DNA of 64,000 bases from Paraspadella gotoi. Lineage: Eukaryota > Animalia > Chaetognatha. Positions within the stretch are counted from its first letter, which is position 1, and every line of letters starts with the position of its first letter. The notes under the pieces are model-generated. The model did no database searches and was not told the origin of the DNA. It saw only the letters and a program-made list of their open reading frames with translations. The position numbers and the translations under genes are program-made. The DNA lies in the NCBI GenBank assembly GCA_051294375.1, contig CM119270.1, forward strand, positions 9,611,530-9,675,529. The letters run 5' to 3'. Positions 27,890-61,898 of this stretch are shown here, piece after piece.

Positions 27890-28138
27890 GAGTCTCATCG
27901 CCATCTGCGGTAAAACATTTCCGATGTTCGTGATTCTACAGTTTGATTCATAATATTCAAATGTAAATACTTACTTTATTATATGAGAAAAGTAAAAAAT
28001 GTTTCGCAAAAGGTTTTTATTTGCTTTTTTATTTATATTAGTTTAATTCTTTTTTATGTACCTTAGCAAAAAACATCAAGGTGTATATTTATTAAACAAA
28101 AATCTTGGAATCGAGAAAGTAAGAACGAAAGTGGAAGG

Positions 28139-28236
<98 letters not shown>

Positions 28237-28927
28237 AAAAAGAGAAGCGATGACGTCTTCTTCGTCGTCATCATTGCTCCAGTAAACCGAAACGATCGAT
28301 CCAGGAAGGCGGAGCTTCAGCGATCGACGACGACGAAAACGACGATGTAACAGACGACGATGAAGACGACGAAGAAGACGACGAAGAAGACGACGAAGAA
28401 GACGACGAAGAAGACGAAAGAGCGGAAAAAGTCGACAGAGCGTGAAGCCCAAGAAAGAGAGAGAGAGAGATAGATAGAGAGAGAGAGAGAGGCAGATGGA
28501 TGGATATTATTTCATGCGTTTTTTGATGAGTTTTCTCAACATCCGATGAGTTGCAACAAAATAAAAACTTTTTTTAAAGCTTTATATTTGGTTCTGAGCG
28601 TTCATTTAAATTTGCTGTAGAACTTTAAGTTAGTTTTGAGGAAAACTATATGTACCTAAAATCATTTGTCACTGAATGATTTTTATTGATAATGTTAATT
28701 ATTTTTATGCCTTGAGTTATGACTTAGTAGAGTTAGTTCTTAATTAACTTTAGTAACTAGTATTTAGTGAATAGAAGGTACACTCAATCATAACACGTTT
28801 CGGCATATTTTAACTTCAAATAATTAATACAACGTTAAAGTCGGAAAGAGTTTGCACCAAGTATAAATCTCTCACTACGAGGGAACAATAATGATCGCCT
28901 CCTCTTTTTCGGATCCTCCTTTTGAAA

Positions 28928-28973
<46 letters not shown>

Positions 28974-29551
28974 CTGCTCTCTCTCTTTCTCTGTCTTTCC
29001 TGTGTCTATGATCGCCTTTACTTCAATTTCAAAATGTAGTAATAAGACGTTATTAATATTTATTAATATTAATATGAATATATATATTAATATTAATATT
29101 TTTATTGCTTGATCGCTCCATTTTAAAGTTGATTTATCATGATTCATTTTAACTTTTCTCTTTTGTTCTTGATATTTTATTGGGTATTCTAAAATACAGA
29201 CGTGTTTTTATTTAAACGTATAATTTGCAAAATTTATGTGGCGACGCAAGAATTTTTTTAAAGAAGGTTTTTTTTAACTGCACGTGATAGATTAAATTTG
29301 ACTTTAAGAAAGTTTAAGAAAAGCTGACTTTTGTTTATACCCGATTTAAAAAAAAAACTCGATAGGGCGAATTGTTTAGGGGACAACACAGGAACAAACA
29401 AAAGGTACGTCTAGTATGAATCGCAGACGAAATAAAATTTGGATCTTTCCATAATGATTAATTTAAAAAAAAAAACCTAAGATGCCGTATGTCACATTTA
29501 ATTACAATCATACTTTACTTTCAAAATGTAACAAAATAATAAACAAAAAGG

Positions 29552-30296
29552 TTATGAGGACAAAATGTCAACGGCTTTCGACTTTCGCCTCTTGTGCCTG
29601 GGTGGCGGAGTCGGCGCTTTCGTAGTTTCCATAGAAACCAGAGGCGGCGACGTCGTTGGTGTGGACATCTTTCGTTCGTCTACGAAGGCCGGGGTTGTCT
29701 TCATCGTCGTCGTCGCCGCCGACGCCGTCGTTGTCATCGTCGTCGTCGTTTCATCCTCGTCTCCAGCTTCTCGCTTTTTTTCTTTCGATTTATCGTCATT
29801 CATTTCGTTTTCATCTCCGTTGTTGTTCTCGTCTTTTTCGACGCCAACGCCGGCGCCAACGTCGCCAACGTTCCCATCGCCGTTCGGTCCACGAGGTTCA
29901 GATCGCGAATCGATTACAGTCTCGCCTCTCTCTTCTTTCCAATCGTCGTTCTCGTCGTCGTTCTCGTCGTCGTCGACTCTCTCTTTAACGCAGACCGGAA
30001 ATCGAAACGCGACGCCGTCAGTGGGCGTGGTCGACGGAATCAGCGTCCCCTTTCTCTCTTTGTTGACGCCGTCGTCGTCGTCGTCGTCGTAGTCGTCGTC
30101 CAAGTTTTTGGCGACGTTGAATGCGACGTTGCACAAGTCGTCGTCGCCGTCGTCATTGCTGAAGTCGTCGTTGTTATCCTCGAATTCAGAAGAACTGAAT
30201 TCGGAGGAGGTCGTCCAGAAATCCAAGGATTCGTGGATGTTGAGATCTGCGTAATGAATGAATGAATGAATGAATGAATGAATGAATGAATGAATG

Positions 30297-30391
<95 letters not shown>

Positions 30392-32192
30392 TAATCAATC
30401 AAATAAATAGTTGGTGAATGAATCAATAAATTAATGAATGATTGAAAGAGTGAGAGATTGAATGAATAAATGAAAGAGAGAAAGAAACAAATCAATCAAT
30501 CAATCCTTTTGCCTCTCCACCGGCAATGCTCGAAAGATCCGAGACTGAAGCGATGCTCGCGCTGCAGTCGATCAAATCCAATTTTCGTCTCTCGTGTACT
30601 TCTTCCGAAATTCTCTCCAAATTTGCCAGCGCCGATTTATACTCTTCTTTTTTGTCTTTGGTCAGTTCCTAGGGAAGGAATATTCAAAAATCCCCGGGAT
30701 TAAAATGAAGCGGAGTAATTCGTGGTACATTTCGAATGAGAGTATAAGCTCTTTAATCAATTTACAATACATTCTCTCTATACATTTACAATAAAGAGAA
30801 CGTAACATGGCTTTTAACATGACGGTATAACTTCACCTCATGAATGTATTTAGCCACTCAAAATGGCTTAGCGGGAGTACGCAAAATCCTAACCGCGAGT
30901 TATCATCAACAGTCCTAACGGCTTCCCGCACCGTTGTTAAGGAAGACTACTAAGCGATGACACTGAAGGTCTAAAGACCCCCACGCCAACAGGTGAGATG
31001 TCGCCCTCCCGGCTGGTAATAGAGTTGCCATATTACAAGCACTAATATATCACTAATATATCGGGTCACGAAACTTATTTTAAAAATTTTTATGTTACGA
31101 TTTGCGACTTACCTGACGACTGAATCCCCAAAACGAGGCTTACCTGCAACTCTTCCATCTTGATTCTTAGAAGAGAAACTTCGTTGCTCAGCGATTCCTT
31201 CAATTCCATATAAGGAAGCGACTTTTCGATGTGAGCCCAATTCTTCCTCTGATGTTTGGCGATCTTTCGCTCCACCTCTAAATATTTCGCATTGAGTTGG
31301 TTGTAGTTTCGCTCGTCGAGACGTTTTTTTCTTTCCACCTCCATCAGCCTTAGGGATGAGAAAGTATAGATTTGATGTTTATTTCAAAGGATTGATTGAT
31401 TGATTTGATAGTTTTTTTAATAAAATTATTGATAAATAAATTGATTGATTGATCGATTGCTTTAATTTTTTATTGATATATTTGATTTGATTTGATTTCC
31501 CATAGGCGTTACTGAGATGAGAACTCCCAACCAATGAATTTGTCTCGAGAATGATTATAGCTCTTCTCCTGGTTCTGTCTTCCCCACCTGATGGTATTGT
31601 AGTTCAGCATATCTTGCCAGGCGTCGTCCAGCGTCACCGTCTTGTCCTCTTCCAGCCTCATCTCAGCCAATTTGATCGTTTCTTTGGCGGCGGCGAGTTG
31701 CAGGGCGTCCTCAGCCGCCGCCGCCGCCGCAGCTTCCACGCGGGGACGCAGCTCGCCGGCCAGGCGGAGGTAGTCGAAGTAAGGGCGGGACTTTTTGAGG
31801 GCGGGGCCAAGGGAGTCCGCCTCGGTCTGGAGGAAGACGGGATAATGTTAAATGTTAAAAGAAAAAACTATTAATATCAATAAGACTATGAATTTATGAC
31901 TAAATCAATTGAACAAACGGATAATTAAAACTTAAAAGACGAAAAAAAAGGGATTAATAAGAAATAGAAAATAAATAAGCAGAGCTCCCCTCGATTTGAA
32001 ATAATCAATGAATCAATCAACCTGCAGTTTTTGGGAAGCCGACGCCGATAGAGTCTTCAACTTTCTCCTCGTTTCCATTAAACTCATTTCCACTTGATTC
32101 AATTCGTCCGACGACGAGTTGAGTCGCTCCAACTCCGTCTGGACGCGAGGATCGAGTGGCTCGTCCGCGTACTCTTCGTCCGAGTCAGCCAT
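29552..32192 (-). CDS. SH3BP5: SH3 domain-binding protein 5 (SH3BP5/parcas/REI-1 family Rab11 GEF), about 485 aa, 5 exons
   Basis: Exons 32022-32192, 31588-31826, 31144-31348, 30521-30668, 29552-30246, all phases consistent. Family motifs LDPRVQTELERLN, KSRPYF, AAAKETIKLAE, LDDAWQDMLN, IEKSLPY, YKSALANLERISEEVHERR, then a long acidic/Thr-rich tail. Confidence 0.9.
30253..30400. repeat. Compound (AATG)n(AATC)n microsatellite
   Basis: Directly visible; abuts the acceptor of the last SH3BP5 exon. Confidence 0.95.
30959..31016 (+). repeat. Truncated 3' fragment of the twister-bearing SINE-like family
   Basis: GACACTGAAGGTCTAAAGACCCCCACGCCAACAGGTGAGATG aligns with 55510-55560. Confidence 0.45.
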
Positions 32193-33066
32193 CGTGGAGA
32201 GAGGGTGTTGAAGGTGTTTTACGAGACTATGACAGGACACATTTAGAGAGTTTTTTGATGAGGTAGATGATTGTTTGTTGTTCGTTTGTTTTGTTTTGTT
32301 TTGTTTGTTTGACTGGCGAGTAAATGAGAAAAAAAGAGAGAAGTTGTCTTCATTTTCATACAAGTCGTGGAATGCTTCCAGCGAGAAATATGTTCAACGA
32401 CAAGCACAGAAAACATACATTTCCGTTAGAAAAAAACTTTTTAAAATTCAACTTCAAAATCAACTCCGCGAAATAAAGTCTCTTAGTTTTGTCTCACTGA
32501 GCGGAACAACGAACCCAGTTATCTGAATAAAACTCAAATTTTATCGACTCGATAGATTTGATGTAAACAGATAAGATTGGCAAAGCGAGTGACAGAGAAA
32601 ATTGTTTTGACGACCCCGTCTATACCTTTCGAGAAATATCTATCAATTCCTTTCGTTTCAGTTCTATTAGGTTTTGTTTCAGCTGAGTTCACCAAATTAT
32701 TCCTTGTATACTTGTCTAAAATATCCAAGAAATCAACGCCCTTCCCTTCCTTCCCACCCGCGCTCCTTTATTCTAAGACCACCACGATCCCTGGTGACGA
32801 CTCCACTCGTAAAAAACTCCCGAGAAGATCTCGTCTCTAGTCGCCCTCTTTAGGCTTTTCAACGCGTCTGTCGGCAAAATCGAGAATTTCTCTGTGGGGG
32901 AAAATGGACTCGAAACGATAGGAGATATTTTTTTCGGGGCTGCCGACGCCGGAGATTCTTAGTTTTAGATTTTTTTTTAGTTGGAGCCGTTCATTTTTTT
33001 AAACTCGAGATAGTGTTTTGTAGTTAGAAAATATTTTGGAATTACAAGTAAGGGTGAAGGGAGAGA

Positions 33067-33124
<58 letters not shown>

Positions 33125-33228
33125 AGAGAGAGCACTAATTAAATCCTCAATCATTAATTATTTAATTGAACAATCAATCAATCAATCAAATATTCCATCA
33201 ATCAATCAATCACGCCACCCAACCAAGG

Positions 33229-33500
33229 ATGATCTGGCAAGCGACGACGGCCGGAGTTACGGCCATTCTGGTCTTGGCCGCTTTTCTGCCTTCGTGGAGG
33301 AAGCCCAACGAAAGATTCGAAGGATTCCCGCCGACAACCCCGCCTACCTCTTTCACTTCTCCACCCACCACTGCCTCCGATGCCGCTTCCGCCGCCGCCG
33401 CCGCCAAGGAGCTCGTCGACGCCGACGAAGGAGGATGGTGGAGTTTCTGGTCGAGACGCAAGCGGGAGGAGCTGAGGAAGGCGGAGGCTTTGAGGGGTGA

Positions 33501-33575
<75 letters not shown>

Positions 33576-36500
33576 CTCTCGTCTCTCCTCTCTCTCCTCT
33601 CTCTCTCTCTCTCTCGCTTATAATATAAATTATTCGTTGCCAGCGGCGAAAGAGGCCAAAGAAATTCGGAAATACAGCATCCCTTCGATGTTGCGTTCTT
33701 GGTGGCCATGGGAAGTCGAGCAAAGCGTTGAGCGAGAGGGTAAAGTTTAATTAATAATTTATATGAAGAATTTCTTTATTATTTTCTTCATTTATTTAGT
33801 TTTTAACTGCATGTTCGGCTAATTTCTATCTGTGAATCAAATATTGCTATAAAAATTTGATTCCTTTATTTGAATTTCGATGGATTGAGTGATGAATTAA
33901 ATGACTTCTTGATTCATTTATTAATCGAATAAACTAAATTATTTATCCATCGTTTTATTTAGATTCGGGCGAAGCCGAGGAAGAATCGCTATTAAATCGA
34001 GGTATCTTTACACTAGAAAATTCTCGTTACAATAAATAAACTAGATTGTGAGAGTGTCTTTATGAAAAGCTTGCTTGCTGCTATGTTATTAGTTTGGAAG
34101 CGCGATGGAGGCCGATATCCGTCAAATCCGGTCCAAAGTCAAGGGCAGGATAGCACGTTTTTTAAATGAATGGATCATTTTTGTATTGTTTATCCATCGC
34201 CAGACATCGCGGCCGAGATCGCCGTCCTGCAATCTGGCGCCGAGGAACTCCTATCCGACGCCGCGGCGTGGTTCCACTTTCTCGTCGATCTCGGGCGGCG
34301 TCGCGTCGCCGCCAACGCCGCTCTTTACTTCTCTCTCGGTGTCGTGGCGCCGGTTCTGGCGGCGCTCTGGAAATTGGATGCCGCGAGGAGGAGGAAGAGG
34401 GAGAGGACGGAGAAGAGGAAGAAGAAGAAGGACGCCATCGGTCGGTTTAATTGTTGTTGTCATTGTTAAATACTCGATAATTAAACCTAATCTTTGTTTT
34501 TTAACTTTAAATCAAACCTCCTTTTCTCTTCCGCAGGCGAACTCGTGGACTCTTACTTCGTTGTCAGCGCGAGAAAGGAAATGATGGAGAGGCTGGCGAG
34601 ATTCGGCGACCTAAAAATATCCGCGCCTGATATCAGGCCGAGCCTCTCCGACGAGGACAAACAGGCGAGAGAGAGGCTAATGAGGTAGCTGCCAATTAGT
34701 AAGACCGCGGTAAGGAGATGACATAAATAAATAACTAATAAGTATTTGTTCTTGAGCAGCAGGAATCTGAGTGAAAATATCCTAACGGGATAATAGATAA
34801 TATAATATATATTTAAAATATGAATTTTTAAAATATTCCCCCTCGCCGGAAATGGAACGTGATCTTGGCATGGAACCAGGCTTGGGGTTTTTCCAGTCAG
34901 TTTCCGGCCGTTCTTTCTCTTCCAGTAGGTTAAGTACCGGGTTTATAAGCGTGATGAACTCAATGTACGACTATAAAAATGATAATAAATTTCGCACAAC
35001 CTTCAGGGGAAAAAGGCGGATTTCCGTCAAGAGGCCGGCGAATATTTCTCACGCGGTTTAGACAACATTCAACGCCGATTGGACTTGACGACGGGAGAGG
35101 GGGACGTCACGCTTGGACTCAAACGAGACGTCGGTGACGTCACCGACGCCGCCGACGATGACGAATCCGTCTCTGCCCGTCGCGACGCCGTCAAACAACA
35201 GGGCAGAGAATCCAGCGCCGGAAACGCCGCTCGTTTTTGCGGCAACTTTTATTTCCGCAGCGCGGACGTTATCGGCGACGACGTTCTCTCCTCTTACGTC
35301 GATGCCGCGGCAGTCGACGCTGCCGCAGCAGACGCCGCTCCGGAGGCTAGAGACGAAAGCGCGAGCGGATTGGAAGATGGCGGTCATGAAGACGAATCAG
35401 ATGACGACGATTTTGATCTGGAAGGTGGCGCCGCCCTGGCGAGCAGCAATGTCAATAGCAACAACGAGAACGAGGTGAGGCAGGAGCGGAAATGGCGTTG
35501 ATGGATCCTGGAACGATTTTATTTTGTGGTTAAATTGTACATTCACTGTTTAAGATCTTCCAGGTCGGTGATTTTCTTTCTGCTTCTATGAGCACAAACC
35601 AACCTTAACTGTAAGCAGTAACCACCCCTAACCCTAACTACTTCTAACCACCCTTAACCCTAACCACCCCTAAATCTAACTACCCCTATCATTAACTACC
35701 TAACTACTTAACTATATAACTACCCGTAACCTAACCTAACTACCTAACCTTAACCACCCTTAATCCTATCTACCCCTAAACCTAACCACCCCTAACTACC
35801 CATAACACTCACAACCCCTAACCCTAATTAACTGTAACCGATAACCGATAACACGAACCACCCCTAATTCTTACCACCCCTAACCCTAACCATTTAACCT
35901 TAACCTTAATTCAACAAGGAAAAAAAAATATAATGAAGTATGCGAATAAAAAAATGAGCGACCGATTGGGTTCCGTTCGCTGAAAGTAAAAGTATTCCGA
36001 TTTGGAAGCAATTTCCCTCTTGGTCGCAGGATTCGCCTGATGACGACGTTGATGATTTGATGAACGACGACGACGACAACGACGACGACGTAAGAGACGA
36101 GAACGTCGACGACGACGACGACGCATTGACCGTCGATCATCAGCCTCTTCGAGTGGAACCGCGTTTATCGAGAGGTGAGTCGCTGGCGACTGGAATCAAG
36201 GGATTGAGGGCAAACGTTGATTCTGACAAAATGGCCCACCAACTCTAATTAAATCGGCCTTTCCTTTCCTTTTTAATCATTCCTATCGTTTTTATTTTTA
36301 TTTCTTTCCTTCCTTTCCTTCTATTGTTTCCGGGTATTTTACTCATCTTTTTTCCTTTACTCTTTTCTTTTCTTCTTTGTATTTTTTTTTCCCCTTTTTT
36401 TTCTTTTCACTTCTCTTTTCTTTTCTTCTTAGTTTTCTTTTCTTTTTTCTTAGTATTCTTTTCTTTTCTCTTTACTTTTTTCTCTTCCTTTCTCTTTTCT

Positions 36501-37508
36501 TTTCTTTCTCCTCGTAATTGGTAATGTCCTTTATTTCATTTTTAACCGCTTACAGCAGATCCCTGCTCTACAATTCACTTTGTCGGTCCGACGCCTTCTT
36601 GTCATTTCAATCATTTCAGAACATCAAATTATGATAAATTACGCAAAAAAAAACAAAAACGTTTGTTTGTCTGTCTGTCCGTCCGTCACTTCGTCGACCC
36701 GTAGCTTTGATCGCCAATTACTCAATACTCATGTGTAGATAAGACCATTCACCTGAAATTTTGTATGTGGGTTGATAAGCGAATGATTAACTTAGAAATA
36801 AAGTTTCGATGAAATCATCCGAGTGGAAATGAGTTTAAGTGGAAATAAAAAAAATTACGCTTAACTGTTTAATTTTGCATTTTTCATATTATATGAAATA
36901 TAAAATTATAAAAAAATTGGAATAACAAATACTACAAATATAACAAACACTACAACCACTACAACCACCGCAACTACCATAAAAACCAAAAAGACAATAA
37001 CCAGCATAACCTTCATTATCACAAGAATAAAAGAAATAGTATGGTGGACTAAAATCCACCAACCGGCCATTGGTGCCGGAGGCAAGTCATTCGCCTCCCA
37101 ACCCAAAGGTCCGGGGTTCTAGCCCGCTGGTCGTCTGGAAGTTAAGAGGGACGGGGCGCTTAACCCGCCTGTAACATGGTGTTAGAGCCTGATCCGAAGC
37201 TCAGGTACTGCTTATATTGAACGGTTCTGTCACTAACACATAACAATATTTACTGTCTCTTCAATAGCAAGATTAATCATAACTTATCATCTGATTCGCT
37301 GCTTACCGCTACGTGCTTCCGTGCAGAACCGGCGTTGTTTACTCAAACTTGTTTCTTTAACATAATGAAAATCCTTTTTCCTCTATTATTTCCCATTAAC
37401 TTCCTTATCATTTCAGACGTCGACGCGTCTTTTCCGGAAAACTTCGTCGCTCTCGCCGTCGTCACTTCCGCCAAATACTGCAAGGGCGGCGGAGAAACGT
37501 TCGTGTGA
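33229..37508 (+). CDS. Uncharacterised probable membrane protein with acidic C-terminal half; internal in-frame TAG at 34686-34688 (263 aa if terminated, 505 aa if read through)
   Basis: GT-AG exons 33229-33496, 33644-33739, 33963-34001, 34204-34440, 34537-34709, 35007-35474, 36030-36174, 37417-37508 join with consistent phases. Hydrophobic N-terminus, second hydrophobic segment ALYFSLGVVAPVLAALW followed by a basic stretch, AATAAA signals downstream. No family recognised. Confidence 0.65.
35618..35910. repeat. Degenerate CCCTAA/CCTAAC telomere-like low-complexity tract
   Basis: Repeated variants CCCTAA, CCTAAC, ACCACCCCTAA. Confidence 0.7.
37042..37262 (+). mobile_element. SINE family A copy 2 with twister motif (37138-37211)
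   Basis: Aligns end to end with 9920-10150; imperfect TSD AATAGTA/AATAGCA; lies in the last intron of the plus-strand gene in sense orientation. Confidence 0.85.
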
Positions 37509-38064
37509 AACGTAAAGAGTGAGGACGCCTTTCACAAAGGCGCTCCTATTTTGTGAAGGCACGGATCAACTTATCACGGCCATTTAAAATTTTGTGATGA
37601 CGACACTGGATTTAACAAGAGTTTTAACCCATGAATAAATTCAGTGATGAAAAATGAACAAACATACCTGAAATCGTCGCTGCTATCTTTTTCTTTTTAA
37701 TAAATAAAAACATTTTAGATTAAATTATTCTTTATTGTACTTTAGCAACTTTTTCCGTCACTATATATTTAAGTGGAAAACCGGTGCGATATAAACGGTG
37801 ACATAATACAATGTACATATGTTTTCATTTATGATTTTTATCATAGTTTTTCGAGGTTTTTTCTTAATTAGTAACAGGACTATTTGTAATCTTATTCTTG
37901 ACGAGTTAATACTTTCTGTGATATTATATGGAATTATCATAGGGAGTTAATTGTAAATGTGATGAAGTTCATTAGGGTTTGCTGTTAAAAACGTTGAGAG
38001 TTGTTCGTAAAATATATTTAATACAAAACAAAAAAGTATTCGGATTCTAGACGGAATTCAGCAT

Positions 38065-59462
<21,398 letters not shown>

Positions 59463-59829
59463 CTGAAAAAAAAATATATGTTAACAATTTTAACAAGTTT
59501 TTTAAAAAAAAGCTTTGTTAACAATTAAAAGGAAAACTGACTATCGATATTTAACAAACAAGAGAGTAACTCTTTCATCGCCAACTGCCTTTCCAGTCGA
59601 CGTAACTCGTTTCCGCTGACAACAAAAGCAAAAGAACGAGTGCAAAGTCGTGCGCCAAACTGCGGGAAGAAAAAGCTGGGAGTTCAAATGAAGAGTAAGA
59701 AAAAAGAGCATCGGCGAAGCCCATAAAAATAACAATAGACAATACTGGGAAATCTTGTTGAAGACAAAAGTAGATTTCATGTAGGAGTACAAGCGTACAA
59801 GTAAATAATCAGAATAGTTTTTAAAGTCA

Positions 59830-59929
59830 ACAACGATTTTTATTTATATTCGTACATGTTTCGGCTTTAATGCAAGCCTTCTTTAGCGCATTAAACAGAT
59901 TTGAAAAATTACAAAATCACAAACATTGA

Positions 59930-59976
<47 letters not shown>

Positions 59977-60090
59977 GACAGAGAGAGAAAGGTAAAGTTT
60001 CCAACAAAGATTTTAAATGGTCAATTTGTGAGGACTTGTTAAGTTTGGACAGAGAGAGATAAAGTGAAGAAAAAAGGAAATGAAATTGGT

Positions 60091-60180
<90 letters not shown>

Positions 60181-60843
60181 TGTACAAGGACCTAGGTACC
60201 TTCTGCAAGAGAGAGAGAGAGAGAGAAAGAGAGAAATAGAGAGAGAGAGGGAATGACATTTGGTTAAATCAATACATTAGGCAATGTACAATAGTGATTT
60301 TGAATAAATAGAATAAATAGAATAAATATTAACTAAAAAGAATTGAAATTTTGATAAAAAATTGAAATTTAGATAGTGAGGAATAGTTAAGATAAAGGAT
60401 AATGAAAAATAAGGAAAAGAAAGAAGCTCAAAATGAGCTGGGCCCCCCCCCCGGGTTGGCAAAGGAGGGATGCTGGCCATGGAATTGGGTCATTGGCCTG
60501 TCATAGGCTGAGAGGATATTACTACGGAGTGCGATTGGTTCGGATCTGGCAATGACCCTGATGTAAATAAACCTAACCCGACTCTAATATCTCTCTGGCC
60601 TGATATGCCTGCTGAAAGACCCCTTCTTGCCTGCTTGCAAGGTGGGCGGTTGCCTGTTCTCTTAAAATCCTAAAATCTTTGTTGGAAACTTTACCTTACT
60701 CTCTCTGTCTATCTCTGCCTCTCTCTCTCACATCAATGTTTGTGAAACTATTTTGTAATTTTTCAAAACAGTTTTATGAGCTGAAGAAGGCTTGCATTAA
60801 AGCCGAAACATGTACGAATACGATATAAATAAAAATCGTTTGT
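59830..60843. mobile_element. Inverted pair of hammerhead-bearing Penelope-like terminal repeats
   Basis: 59830-59940 and 60722-60843 are reverse complements. The plus copy has CTGAAGA-A-GGCTT..AAGCC-GAAAC-ATGTA (60781-60814); the minus copy has a mutated core CTAAAGA. Confidence 0.65.
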
Positions 60844-61454
60844 TAGAACATTTAACAATTTGGAGCAGACAATCGTCGGTTATGCCTACGAATAATAAAC
60901 GGTAATCGTGGTTCGTATCTACAGATTGATCAAACAAATAATTTTTTTTGAAATTTTTTTTTAATCGCAATTTTTTGTAACTCAGCAATCAGTTTTTTTG
61001 ATGCACATAATGTTTCAACTACATCATTTGTTTCAATTTACATCATTTTTACAATTCGCATCATTTTTTTTAACGTTGCATAATTTGGTTTCAACTGCAT
61101 AATTTAATAAATATAAAAAAATAAAAATAGAAACCCCTGTTGTGACCTAATCGACATTGGAGCTTCTTTGCCGCGGCATCTCGGTTTTCCTCCGGTCTCC
61201 GTGGCTCCAAACTGTGCAAGTTGTACACTTAATTATTAAGAAGTCATCTTGATGTATTTTGGTATGTTTTGAATTTTTGTGATATTTATGGTATTTTTCA
61301 TTTTGAGAGACGTTGTTTGCATGTTTATAACCGGTACATGAGACTGGTTGTGAATATTATTGTATTTTAGTAGCATTACTATATTTTATCAACATTCTGT
61401 TCAGTCACCTCGAGATAGACGACAACAATTATTTTGTTCTAATATTTAAGACAA

Positions 61455-61898
61455 TATATTATAAACCAGGGGGCAATGGAGCCGCTCGAGTTGAATCAAA
61501 TCTATTACAGAAATAATTCCTCACTTATGGATTCGAACTGCATCGAACTCAGCTCGGACGACCTGAGTTACAAACTCAGAGCCATCCAGACGGCCCTGAT
61601 TTCAGAGAATCCTAAAACTCTACTTAATACTTATAATACAAATTGGCGCAAGAATCTTTGGTAGAACAGAGGCAACTGTTTTAAGAAAAAACAAAAGATT
61701 TCCAAATCGAGATTTAAAGCTTTAAATGAAACAAAATCACTGAGAAATCAGGCCGCGAGTGGCCCAGAGCTGTAGCTCGAGGTCACTACAAGGAACTTGA
61801 GTTTGATGGTTCAAACATCCACACATGGATGAATTAGGTTCTATAAAAGATCTAGATGTCCGTCAAATGTGGCACAATGCCCTCCTGTTGTAATATAT
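61455..61898. mobile_element. Possible small element with imperfect terminal inverted repeats
   Basis: ATATATTATAAACCAGGGGGCAATG versus reverse complement of the right end ATATATTACAACAGGAGGGCATTG. Confidence 0.35.

Noticed and set aside
28056-28452. ERERER, SLSLSL and LLRR-repeat ORFs (also 50741-50998, 46505-46788 and others)
   Set aside because: Products of AG/CT, TTTC and GACGAAGAA simple repeats; no splice or domain support.
29565-30265. Plus-strand ORFs of 175 and 223 aa
   Set aside because: Antisense shadows of the GAC-rich last SH3BP5 exon.
34686-34688. Genome-wide TAG reassignment
   Set aside because: No in-frame TAG noticed in the reconstructed dynein or SH3BP5 exons; one case is not enough.
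35618-35910. True telomere or chromosome fusion site
   Set aside because: Highly degenerate, intronic, with similar short tracts at about 24760 and 56280; treated as low-complexity repeat.
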